Below are positions 25,673-39,300 of a stretch of 64,000 nt of DNA, piece by piece. How positions within the stretch are numbered: the stretch's first letter is position 1; every line of letters begins with the position of its first letter. A model generated the notes under the pieces. The model was not told where the DNA came from, made no database searches, and saw only the letters and a program-made list of their open reading frames with translations. Source of the DNA: Phoronis australis (Eukaryota; Animalia; Phoronida); assembly GCA_002633005.1 (NCBI GenBank), contig NMRA01000228.1, positions 236,120 through 300,119 of the forward strand. Direction: 5' to 3'. A program made the position numbers and the translations under genes.

Positions 25673-28654
25673 GGCCGACGATTTACAAGGCAACCTAATA
25701 CTGGGCCGAGAGCGTCATCATTCCCCATCGAGACATCACAAATGTCTAAGAAAGCCATGGATGATATGGCATTTCCACTCGCAGGAATCCTCAATCTTTT
25801 TCTCAATAATTCTCACAGCAGACGACACATCTTGATCTGTCGATTCTCAAACTTCCGGTATGACAATTGTCGCCAGGTGGTGAGGCGGTCGCGTACAAGA
25901 TCCGACGCAACGCGACCAGTCAGTCTTTCAATAACTTCTTACATTGGACGTGGTGTGAGCTAGTCCGACAGTATTAATTACCCGGGGATAAAACGTGCAA
26001 TATGAACTCAAGGTTATTATTTTCATATTACACGAATCTCTCCTAATTCATTACTAACTTTACCCGCAAGCCGTTCGACCACGCCCAATGCGCCATTTCG
26101 AACTGCTTTGTCGAATGAATTTCGCATAAATCAGAGATTTGAAAAAAGAACTTGGTTCGGTCGGGAGGGATAGAATTGCGGTTTATGAAAAAAGAACCAC
26201 AGTTAGCAAGAAAAGAACAGTGACATTAAATGATACATACGATGATAACGGAGGGACCATTCCACAGTAACGAAAGCGGTTATCGTACACCCACGTTCCG
26301 TCCAAGAATGAGGAACGTTTCACTAGGCCACANNNNNNNNNNNNNNNNNAGATTCAAGGGGTCCGTTCAAAGCTATATGAATTGGACATTCGCCGAATTT
26401 AGAGCCCTTTTAGTGAACTTTTATCTCGTTTTCTACTTTTTCGGAATTTTTGATTCTCTGAGGCGGATCTTTTTACCCACTTCGCCAAGTGAGCAGTGCC
26501 CGGAATTTAATCTTTGTACTCGAAGCGAACTCGAAATTATTTTTGGCAGTTTCTCTGCTACTTTTTCGCGAACTTAAGATAAGTGGTTATTTGACTGTGC
26601 TCAAATACATTATAGTTTATTCATGTGGCGGGTTTCAAGTCCAAGTTTACCCTTGATGACCCTTAACTCGAACAAAAACTCGAAATTTTAGCCTGTTGGG
26701 TTTATCAACTGCAAATTAGGACTAAAAAATTGAGTCATTATGTACTCGATATATCTTGAGTTCCCACAAAAGTAGAGTAAAAAATACCATACATAATTTC
26801 GAGTTCCTTTTCGAGTAAAAAGATTAGAACCCGCGGGCCCTGGGTTTTGTTGCAAAGAAGCAATAGATCAGTATTCGATGAGATCATGTTCGCTGCATAA
26901 AATGGCACGCATTGACAGGTGTGTTTTCAAGCGATAACGAACTGTCACCTCTGCATTACAATATCTTTTTAACTATAAGTGGTTCGTATATGGGCGCATA
27001 TGCCTAAGGTTCGCAAATACCAGGTAATGTCACCTTCACAGGCAAATACATTAATTCGCATACAGGTGCACCTTTTTTTTTAATTGACTTGCTTTTCATG
27101 AACATTTTACGGTATTGCCGCGCCTTTAAGCTCATGGGGCTTATGTCACGGCCAGTGCGGTAGTTCTTTGAAGCCCTTAGGCCTATACCATTTCCAATTT
27201 ATCTAAGTAATAACTAGAGTCCAGTTTCATAACAGTAGCCTCATTTGTGATAGAAGGCAGGGTTATAACAGCTCTTAATTACAAGGCAATGTGTCAATTT
27301 GCCAGAGGTGTATTTTCACATCATATTGCCGCTTGACGAGCTCGCACAGTGACTTGAGAGTGGGTTGTAAAATACTTTCTGAATTGTACTCAGTACTCAC
27401 TTTTCTAACGTCATGTTGGTGATCAACTTACAAGCGCAGGCTCAGCTAAAAGACTTCAAACAACTACCAATGTGACACAATTTCCTCCCTCATCATCTAC
27501 CCATTCAACCGCATTGCTCGACACGAAGAGCAAACGGATAAAACGGCACAACATGGCTTACATGTATTTATGTTGATGCTCACAGGTAACGAAGCTTGAA
27601 ATGTCATTTCGTTTACCCAGTTTTCTTAGCCCACATGGGAATTCTCACAGCTTCGTAATACTGAAAACCCATACAAATGAGCAAAAACTCAACTCTGTCA
27701 CTTTGAATACAAGACTTCAGTGAATCCATATAACCGTTTAATTGTATTTAAATACACAAATCAAGCATATAATAACAACCAATAAAAACATTCGTTCCAA
27801 AAGATATGTAATTATTATTTGTTCGTTGCTAATACAACTCACAACCAACGGTCGTCTTCCCAAATCACACTTGATCAACACCCCAAATCAAACAATGGAT
27901 TAAGTATTTCAATAACCTCTCACCCACTCCAGTACTAAATGTTACCACAAAAACAATGAGAATATTCACATAATTACCACCTATTCTTAACGTGCAGATT
28001 TGTATGTTTAAATCATACCTTAAAGTGGATACAAACCTGCCTTGCATCACACCACTCAATTTGTTCCTTTGTCAAATTGGGGATGAATGAACAGACAATT
28101 TGTCTGCTCTCCACTGGATTGTCACGGCGTGACACTTTATGCCCCATGCATGGTTTCGACAAATAACGAACTCTCAGTTTTTTGCAAACCCAGAAAATAC
28201 TTCTCATCTGAGAAAGGAACAAACTGAGACCAATTTTATAGCGATAAGTTGTCTAAATAAAAAGTTCACTCATTGGACGAAATACAGGCTTCTAACGGCC
28301 TAAACATAACCGTTAACATAATGGTCAAAAAGGTGAATGGAAGACGGGCACATTACCTAAAACAAACAATAACATGTTTAGACCAGTAGCAATAGCACGG
28401 AATGCAGGAATGTGAAGTAACAATCTAACAAGTATACATCTAATACATGCCAGGTGTCACAGACGGCAAAAAACAACATTGGATGTCAATATCAATGCCT
28501 AATTTCAATAGATGCGTTGATCAGACCCAAGTGCTTACCTTTATGACAAAAATTTTGTATTTAGTTATTATCAAGTTTCTCTTAAATAAAAGACTGATTC
28601 CTAGACAAAATGTAATTGCAACCATCAATATATCAATTTGATCACTTAAAAAAT

Positions 28655-28768
28655 GGTAATGGTCTGATATGGCGTGCCCGAATTTTGAGAACCAGTTTTC
28701 TCGATCCACTAAATAACGGGCATCAAATTGGTTCTCAAAATATGGGCACGTTATATCAAACTATTGCC
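28655..28768. mobile_element. Second (inverted) copy of the 115-bp Merlin-like MITE
   Basis: Reverse-complement match to 6252-6366; TSD eroded. Confidence 0.75.
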
Positions 28769-31700
28769 GAACAAATAAACTTTTCTTTTTGAAGATTGCT
28801 CGCATAGCAACAAGCGAAGCAGGCAGATTTGCGCATGCAAACACCAAGAGACTAGAGGTAGTCATATACCCCTGAAAAAGCACCCTATGAGAATTCATGA
28901 TGCACCAAAAGTGTATTGACGTTAAGGACCCTGGAGAACCAGAAACACATGCGACAAATCTGGCTGCTCATAGTTGACAACACTGTATAATCCATCTTAA
29001 TAATTTTTTTCAAATCTGTAGAGTGGAATTTGATATAAATCAAAATGTCAAAAAAAGGGGGCATATGATCAGATCCAATTTCTTCAACACAGTTTAGGAG
29101 ACACAGAGCCTGAGGCAGTAAAACTATGGGCGCAAAAGCTGCCGGATTTGTTCGAAACGTGTTTGCCATCCAGTCTCTGTGTGTAACACACATGCCAAGC
29201 TATAGTGCTTGGTGAATAGGATGGCCAATACCAAGAATAGGTCCTAAAAACCTAAACGAATAATAATAACCAGTTGGGGAGCATCACTTGACCAATCTGT
29301 CCCAAAACAGTGAGAAGTCACCCTCTTGACAGAAACATAGAACAAAGCTAAATGCCACCAAGGTCTATCATGACATTATAAACAATCATGTAAGTTCTTA
29401 CAACTTGCAATGGGAGCATACCACCAACTTTTCACTTTTACTACCCCCTCGGTAGGCTAATATCAGACAAGCTGCTCACACCGGAAACAATAAGCTCAAG
29501 ACAATACAATACACAAGTCATGTTGATCTATGCCTGTCACTCTTAGCCGGACACAGGGTCTTTAGATACAACTCAAGAAGGGGAACGGATTATCACGACA
29601 GTTGCTGCAGCCTCCAGACACTTGCTAACCAACATAATCTGTGCCTGCTTATCTGTATACAGCACAGGTAACTAAAAGGTACAAATAAATGATGCAATAT
29701 CAACCTCTATTGGGTGTTTGGGCAGAGGCCAAACAGTTGGTTTACATGCACTCCCTATCACAAAAGCTCATTTTTACAGAAATTTTCAATGTTCCTCTTG
29801 GCCTAGGATGTCATATTGCTGCCTAATACCACGAACCTGATGCCAGTAATGTAGGAGGTAAAAACGAGGTGAACTGGAATAAATATGAAAGAGACAGACA
29901 ACTATGTACAGTGAGTACAAATAGTTAAGATTAAAACTTACTGAGTTTTCTATTTGACTGGCTGAAGAAATACTATTGACTGTAAACCGAAATAAAACAA
30001 ATGACAGCATGGAACCATTATTGGAAAAACATTACAGAAAATCTTATAAAAATATAATTCACATTTTGACAGCCTGTATAGTTTGAGATCATTGATTATA
30101 GCCTAGTATGGTGATTCTCAAATTACTTTATATAAAATAATTTTCTGCTGAAAGCCAGGGTGAGCAAAAGTAGCAGAACTCATACTTCATAGCTGAAGGG
30201 TGGACAAAACTGAACTGAGTACAGTAAACATTCTCCAATTTGGGACAACCTCTAGAATTTGGCACCCAGAAACTCCCAGGAAAATTGAATTTTCTTGATT
30301 CTGAATTTGGGACAATGGCAATTTTGGCGTTCACTATCTTTCGAATTTCAGACAACGTGGTTTCAAACTACTGAGTGGGTAATTTAGCCATCTTAACAGC
30401 CAGTTCTTGAATTTGCGATGACCAATATTGTCTATAAAATTTGGTACAAGTTCCGACCTATTTTTCACTTTCCCAAATTGGATTACTTTTACTCTAACCA
30501 AATGTCAGCAATTGTATGTATGAAAATTTGACAAAATGCAGACTAAGGTTCACCGTTGCCAACTATGTTTTTGCTACCATTCCCCTGGACTGTTAAAACC
30601 AAGAAATTTCTAATATCACAATCTTGTCAACAATGTTCCATTAAACTTTACAAACAAGCCTATTGTGTAGGTATGCAATGCCAGTCAGAGCTTACAGCCA
30701 TGTGAATTACTTTCTAGGTCTAGAGTGTAGAATCCACACAAATTAAAATGCTCCAGGCTTATGTAAGCTGTAGTGTGGAAGTTGTGTTAATGCAACTAAT
30801 TCAGAAATTAGATTTTTCTGAACATGATGACCCTAACCACTGCGCCCCGTTTCCATTATTTAAGTCAGTATGCCCATAACTTACTCCTCCAAATGCAATT
30901 CCTGAACTGCACTGACCAACACTCAGTGGAGACGGATTACAGCAATTCTTCATATGAATAAAATAGGTCTACATCTTGATTACTATTTCTAGAGGAAAAA
31001 CCCAAAATGCATCAATATGCTGCATTTCAAACATGCACATATACATAAAAGTTTTCAAAATTCCAAATACATTAATCTATATGAAGAAAAAAATATATTC
31101 AATCACAATGTCTGCGTGTTTATCAATATGTCACATATTTATGGATTAGTAGGTGAATGTTAAGTCTAATGTCACTGAGAGTTAACTGTTATTCTCCATC
31201 TGAAGTTTTTATGTGATAGTGTTTCATAAAAAACACATCTTCACAACATTTTGTTGAAAGTCATTTACAAATGGTAGTTTTTTAATATCCGTTAGCAACA
31301 GGTGCACTGTAAACAACATAATGAACGCAGGTAATGAGAGCGCTGGAGTATGTAAACATTGGCTTGCCAATCTTCTCCTCCTGCTATTGCTGTAATGAAT
31401 GGAACCAAAGTTTCTGATCACTGAAATCGGGGAAACTCACCCCACCTGGCGGAGGCGCCACATGACAGTGACAAAATGGTTTCAAGATCTTGAAAGGACA
31501 GATTAGATGGTGAGATAAGATTATGTAAATTATAGTTCTCTTTTCAAAGAGTTCTGACTTTGATAGTCTAAAATTCACACACACACACACAATAATTTTG
31601 CTGAACTATCAACTGCACATATTTTTGCATGTATTTCACATTGCATGATTACATTTAAAAAACAAGAATGATTAGATGAAATAAGAAATAAACAAACAAC

Positions 31701-32395
31701 AAACCTATCCCTTACAGGTTGAGTTCGATTTGACAACATTCCTGAAGTTGCATTCATCTGTGAAGTCACTATATCACCTAAACCACAATGAACCCCATAA
31801 AACCATGTCCCGTATTCTCACATAAAAATGAAAAACATTCAAGCATAAAGTTCAATGTTTCATTTGTCATTCTTGCCTTCTGCACTGATTGCTCTCCCAT
31901 GCCGTGAGGTACGAAATAGCAGCACACCTCCAGATACAGCTGGCAGGTCAGCAACCTCGCATTTGCTCCAATAGATTCACATGAAAACATCTGTCGTCTG
32001 AATGCTTAATACTCTATATCATATCTAAGTTATGCCAGGAGTATTACTGATGTGCCATGGGCTGCCTATTCACGAAGAGGAATAAGCCAGATAAATATCC
32101 ATGGATGAGGGAAGTCAAATTTCATCCCTTTTCGATGGTTCTGGAGTACAAAACATTGCGAAGGCCATCGGGCAACAGCGCAGGGCACAGCGCCACCGTT
32201 GTACAATTAACATAATCTTACCTCACGGCCGAGAACAGCGGAAGTACGGAATATGAAAATTTAGCAGCTTTCAAACCGAAACCACAACCTTTTGAATGGG
32301 ACTGCTGTAAACTAAGCCATTATTGCTTTCCAAGATTAGAGATGAAGAGGTAATGTCCATGCTTCAGAGGAAGTGAACATATATTATTACCCAAT

Positions 32396-32792
32396 TTGGC
32401 ATAGATAAAAATTTTGTTTGTTTGCACTTACCCAACCGACCCACTAAAAACCCAACTCAGAAAATTTTATAGGCAAAATTCCCGACTTTTTATTTATTAC
32501 TCTACATAAAATGCTGTAATTAATTTTGCACTTTTGCTTGATTGATGACACAGCTCAGGAATAAGTCTTTACCAGAAACTTGGTTGTTTCGTAACAAAAA
32601 ATGGGCAAAAATCCTTCAACAAAGTCTCAAACGTGAGTTGTTAATTTCTCAACTCTCATGAAAAAGGCATGGCTCATTGGTTAAGAAATAGTAAGCAAAA
32701 TGAAGTTACAAAAAATTTTTGCTTACCTACCTTCCCAGATGTAAAATGTAGGGTTGGGTAAGGGCAAACAAAGATATTTATAAGACTGGCCT
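32396..32792. mobile_element. Decayed MITE
   Basis: Imperfect inverted ends TTTGTTTGCACTTACCCAACC / GGTTGGGTAAGGGCAAACAAA. Confidence 0.5.
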
Positions 32793-32908
32793 TCACTGAT
32801 ATTTTTAAGCTGGCCACTGTGGGTTGCAACAACTCGAGGGATTTCATCTTCATCTGCAAGTCTTCATTAATTACCAGTCTGATTTCATTTTCAAAGGCAA
32901 CATAGGAA

Positions 32909-32983
32909 GGATATCAGCTAATTAATAAATTAAGGATATCAGCTAATTAATAAATTAAAGATATCAGCTAATTAATAAATTAA
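32909..32983. repeat. 25-bp tandem repeat x 3
   Basis: GATATCAGCTAATTAATAAATTAA(G/A) repeated three times. Confidence 0.9.
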
Positions 32984-33365
32984 CATCCAGTGACGTGATG
33001 TGTAAATAGGAGATGTGTAACATAATTCAGAAATTTGCATTTCAAGTGATGAGATTAAATGTGAGTGTGTGTGCCAACCTATGTATTAATTCGATGCATT
33101 TTGAAGGTCACTTTAAATCTTTTATAGGCTTAGTTGCACTTGCACCCAAAAGTATGTTGCAGTCGACCCAAGTTTTAATTCAGGGTGCGCACACGTACAG
33201 AGTATTGTTTACATGTCACCAAGTTATCTGTGGTGCCACTGGATTCTTCCAAGCTGACAACTAACTATCCCACAATGCATTTGAAAAACAACAGCATTCT
33301 ATATCACGCATAGTTCTAGATTGCGAATGACAACCTTAACAGAATGACAGCTCGGCAAACCTAGT

Positions 33366-36300
33366 CTACATATGTGTCTGGGTTGTTTCGCTTTCTAGCT
33401 GTTGATTCACAAAGCCATCTTCTAGAGGGTTTGCTTCCTTAATCATCTCGCCGTTGCCCCCGTCATTTTGTTCACTTGATGGCTTCGGCGGCGGTTTGTA
33501 GAGAAAATAAGCAAGAAGAAAGAAGAATAGTGATAAGACCTTGCCACACAGACCCAGAATCATGATATTCCTGCCCATCTCAGAGTTGCTGTACACATAA
33601 CATGATCCGTTGTTACCATCGCACATCTTCTGCCACAGAATACATGTTAAGTCGAGGAGCTTTCCAAACAGAGGTGGCGCTGGGATTGTGCCGAGACAGC
33701 GAATCATGATCCATTGTATGCCGAGTGCAAAGGATTTCTGCTTACTTGGCACACACCTGAAACAAAGGTTGCATCTGTCGGTAATCCTTTAGAGAGCATT
33801 ACAAAACTAGAGCAAAGAATTGTGGGATATGAGTACAAGATATGACACACGTGTGTATTCTAAAAACTTAAAAGTATGAGGTGTAAGTAAGGTAACTTGC
33901 CACCTTCATTACCAAAGATCAATTTTCTCAAATCTTAAAGTATCAGTGATGTACACCCACAAAACTATATTTTTTAAAAATCATTGACTGTCACAGAACA
34001 GTAAGTACAAAAAAAATTATACCTACACATGAATTTTTTCAAATTGATATTTTTCAAGGAAAATGACGAAACTTACAGACCCAAAATTTTGCACACGAAA
34101 CTTGCAACAAAAGCACATCTAAGATTTTCATTTAAGGCCTTTTAGTTTGAGAATTCTGCCATAAACGAAAACACAAATATTCCTTGAAAAAACAAAGGTG
34201 TTGTTGAAAGCCCAGCTCAAAGCAAAAAGGTCTTATAATCTTAGACACGCTTCCAAAGTTTGTACAGACTTGAGAAGCCTACCTTGTATGTTTCAATAAG
34301 AATAAATTTTGACGACTCTACAGTCACAAGTACATCCAAGCCTCCCCTGGATGCCTACATTGCAATATATGAATTATAAACCAACAAAGGAAATCAACAT
34401 AAAAAATATGGCGCAATTTCAACATCAACGTCGCATATCACATCTGACGCAGCCAAGTCAAGTTATTTTTTGAAATTCATCCTGGTACGGGAATTGGGGA
34501 TAGTTAGGCCTATAAAAGATCTTTAACCCAGCCGCAGAGCGTCTAAAGCCGCGCACCGTACCAGTGACTGCTGGCAACTCATCGGAGACTCAACTTTAAC
34601 ATCCTTCGCCGCAGAGATAACAACTCTTGGGCTGTCTCCGGTAAGTCCATTCTTTGTTGAATGATGTTTAGATAAATTGAGGAAATTACGGTGATCTCCG
34701 TGAAAAATCATGCTTTTTAGTGAAAAACAGGGATTACAAACATCTGGGCGTTGTTTCCAAGCGTCACTTTTGAAGATGAGGTGCCAAAACTAATTAATGA
34801 CTACTGATTGTGTCACAAGAATTGTATTAAAATGTTATCTAAGAAATTTGATCCTTAGTAAGGAAGGTGATCACTTGCCTTGAAGCAATGCATTCAGTAC
34901 GTAACTCAACATTCAAAATTGAGATACACGTATTATGAAATAACAAACATTTAAAAAGTTGCTAAATCCTTGTTAACATTTTTGATTAGTTTCGAATTGA
35001 CATTGTTAAAATTTTAAACTACTAGACCAGTTCTCATTAAGTTTTGATTTTTTTTGCACAAACATTTTGCAGTCCTTGGCATTTGAATGACAATCCTTCA
35101 GACTTTTCTGAGATGTCAGATTAAATTTGTCCACAAGAATTGTTAGAAAATGCCAGGACATGAGGTCTTGCAGATTCTTTTAACTCCCATCAAAGATCAT
35201 GATTCTTTTTTTATGTATAACATGCAAAAATATGGTTTTATTTGAATCTGAATATCTTCTTTGCAAAACTCAAGTGCTGGCTAGGTGTCACTAATGGTTT
35301 GCCTTGTATAGTTTCATTGGCATTCAGGTTGTTAGACAAATGTCAACATCTTCAGCTGGCGCCCGTTCCAAAAAAAAAAACTGACTTACCTTAAACAAGT
35401 CTTAAATTTTAGTCAATTTTAAGATAAAACTTAAATTTGTCTCAAGCCCGTTTCAAGAAACAGGTCATAAGTTTGGCCTTAATTTTGACTAACTTACCAG
35501 ATGCGTAAGTTTCAGAGTTTGGAAGCTGAGACAAATCTTAGACTTAAGTAAAAAAACAAACTTAAATCTGGAACGGGCCCTTGGACTCATCTTACCTTAG
35601 AGTAGCTGTCAAAGCAGGCATAGAGGCCAAGAACGTAAAGAGAATGACAAGAGCAAAGATGGGTAGAAACAGCGACAGCTGGTTACAGTCAGATTCACAC
35701 TTGCCATCCTCAGCATCAAATTGTGATTGGTTGTCAGCAACAGGCATGTACTGCTGGATACATTCACAGTTCCTGAAGCGCTGCAATGAGAACACCGTCA
35801 GCAGACTCTGGATGCAGTTGCGTTAAGTTTACAAAAACATGGCAAGTTGTGCAAAGTTAGGCACATACACAAAGAACAGTAGTTCTGACACTTAAGCAGG
35901 GTGTTCATTTGTGACACTTAGCAGGATGTTCACATGTCAACTGCAGTAATTATGCAAAGTAATACCACATGTGGGAGTATCACTTACAGAGCTGCCAAAT
36001 ACCTGGCTAGTGTACTGAAACCTCTCCGTGGTAAGACCGAACACAGTGTTCTCAACAGCCAGGAATTTGTTGACAAGTTAACAGGCATTGAGATTCCCCC
36101 AGGGAACAAAATTGTATCTAATGATGTCGATGCCCTATTCACCAGAATTCCTGTGGACAAAGCCCTGTCTATCATTGAGTCACACTTGCAACAGGACAGT
36201 TTACTCAACCAATGCACTGAATTATCAGTCGACCAGATAACTGAGTTGTTAGAATTTTACCTTACAACCACATACTTCCAGTGCAATGGACATTTCTACC

Positions 36301-39300
36301 AACAGTGCCATGGTGCTGCCATGGGCTCACCCATATCTCTTATTGTAGCTGACATTTTTATGAAGGACTTTGAGGAGCATGCCTTGGCTACGACACCCAA
36401 CCCCCCATCCTTATGGTTACAATATGTTGACGCCACCTTCATCCTGATACATGAGTACGTCGACTCATACACCTCTCACATTAATGACAACGACAACAAT
36501 ATCAAGTTCACTGTGGAACCTGAGGTAGATGGAAAACTTCCGTTATTGGACTTTTGTGTTCACATCAACGATGACGGCTCCACGAGAATCACAATATACC
36601 GGAAACTGACACACACTGACCAATATTTAAATTTTGCCTCCAACCACCCGATCCAAAACAAACAGTCAGTCGTTCGCACTCTTCTCAACAGGACCACGAA
36701 CTATGTTACAGGACCTGAAGATCGGCAGACTGAGATTAAACACATCTGGTCCGCACTCAAAGCCAACCAGTACCAGGAGTGGGCACTCAAACCCCCCCCA
36801 ACGTCAACCTAGGGAGGAACCCCCTGGTGACCAAGAAGAGAGGAGATCACATCCAGTCTCTATTCCTTACATGAAGGGGCTTTCAGAACATCTACGCCGA
36901 GTATACAGGTCTTACAACATCAACACTAATATGAAACCCATCAACACCCTGAGAAACCAGCTAGTCCATCCCAAAGATCTCACCTCACTTGATCACCAAT
37001 GTTGTGTTATATTTCAACTGTGATGCACCGAAGACCCGTCTTGTACTTACATCGGCGAGACTATGCAATCCCTGGGCACCAGAATCAAAGAACACAATAA
37101 ACTGGACAAGCCCACTGGTGTGGGAGAACATCTCCGAATCTCCGGCCATACTGTATGTGACAAACATGCCAAGATACTGGCTAAAGAGGAAAACTGGTTT
37201 TCTAGAAAGATCAAAGAATCCATTTACATCAAAACCAACAAGCCCACCATGAACCGTGATCAAGGTTTGCAACTTCTGCCAATCTATGACGCTATACTAC
37301 TTCAGGAGAACAGAAGGATCGGAAACCAGGATGCCCCCCTAACATTCATTGACAAAGAACTGTAGACTACAGTTCGAAACGTTTGAACTTCTAAATCCCT
37401 GGTCTCTGAGTAAGGGCTGTTCCAGTAAAATCCGTGTGGGAGGGGGGGGGACGGCAGTAGAAATAAAAATTCATGGGTGGTGGTCTTCAGAAAAAAACTC
37501 AAATTATAGGTGGTTGTTCCTGTTAGAAGTGATGCATTTAAAATGGGTGGTATTTTTTGACCTGTTAATGTTGACAGCTTGGTTACTTCAACCATCAAAC
37601 CTCCTAACTTATCTCAATACAAAAAAGCCCACATTGCCAGTGAACAGAGTGCAATATGTTCACTAAGCCAATAATCAAGTCATAGGCAACTTGATTTCAG
37701 CCAACTGTTGGTCTGCAGTCCTATTGAATTGAAAAGTTATGCAACACTAAACTGGTGTTAACACATATAAGAAAATTGATGATTTTTAAATAAAACGTAT
37801 GAGGTGTAAGATAAACAAGTTCCAATATTCACTTGACATAGACGTATAAAAGAGTTCGTGGAGACAGTTTGAGATTCATAGATCCTTATAATTGAAAAAA
37901 TGTTCATTGAAATTATAGACACATGGTGAACAGAGACACCTGGTGGCTGCCAAAAGTATTGCTCACAGGCTACTTTAGTTTTTGACAATATTGGACAAGA
38001 CAACTAGTTCTTGTCTGTCAATCATTTAAGTTCTTAACAGGTCCTCCTGGAGGCAATTTGTTTGCAAGTGTTGGATTTTATATTTTAACCTATTAAAAAT
38101 AATTAAAAAATTATGGGTCATGGGTTGGAGAAATAAATGAAAAATATGGGCGGTGGGTACGAAATAAAAGTGCCTTCCCCCCCCTCCCATACAGATTTTG
38201 CTGGAACAGCCCTAAGTTGATTTTACTTATAAACACACCTTCACTGAGACCATGAAAAACCTATTTTCAATCAACTGAATACTTATCGGAATCGAGTTAC
38301 TAAAGATTTCACTTTGTCAGAGCATCAATGATTTTCTTTCAATTGATAGGCTGATAGGCTGTCATTCTCTGGCCAAGCCACTCCCTGTTTACATGACACA
38401 CCCACAAGTTTAATGCACGACAAATAACCACCATCAAGTAAATGTGCACTGTAGTGTAAATTACAGATATTTACCTTTGGTCCCTTAATAGTGTCACTAG
38501 ACACGATGACATCACAGCCAGCATAGCAAGGTGAGAAGTACATGATACCGTTCCTACCACAGACTGGTGCGTAGTCCTCACGTGAGCAAGCACAATCCAG
38601 GTTACACGAGTGAGCCAAGGTGTGGGCTGGGTTTGAAGAGCTAGATAAGAAATAACGTGAAATATGAAGTTTTCGGTAGCTGTACTGGTTGTCAAATTTG
38701 TAACACAATTGCTGAAACAACAAGTGTGCAGGTCTAAATCCTTTCATAAACGTAGTGAACACAACAGAGGATATAACTAGGTGAATACAAGGTCAAAAAC
38801 ACATCCTCAGATTGGCAATGACATCATTCAGAAATCACCAGCGGCTTCAAACATCTGTTGTACAATTTGCCAAACAGGATTTCAAGTTTCAAGACTTTCT
38901 GTCATTTTTGCAATTTATAACAAAATTTGTCACAGTTCTAAACCTTTTCCAAGGCATCCCCATTTAGGCGCATGGAAATGATTCCATGACCGTGACTATA
39001 AATTTCATCCACAATCCTGTCCTGGAGCAGCACAGACCAAACCAGCCGTACAAATCCCCTTTTCTAAACTCTACACGTGCCATCATGCATGATGACCAAA
39101 CTCCAGTACCAGGGGAGGTAATATAAGTATAGGTTTACAATTGTATTTCACAACCTTGATCCTTGGTAACGAATGAGGTCAGTTACTTTTATGCAACTAC
39201 AACTAGAAATAATTCATTAAGGAAAGTACAGCCCACAAACTTTGTCTTAATTATTGCTGTAGTCGTCATTCTAACATGCTCAACGATAATCGGGGAATCC

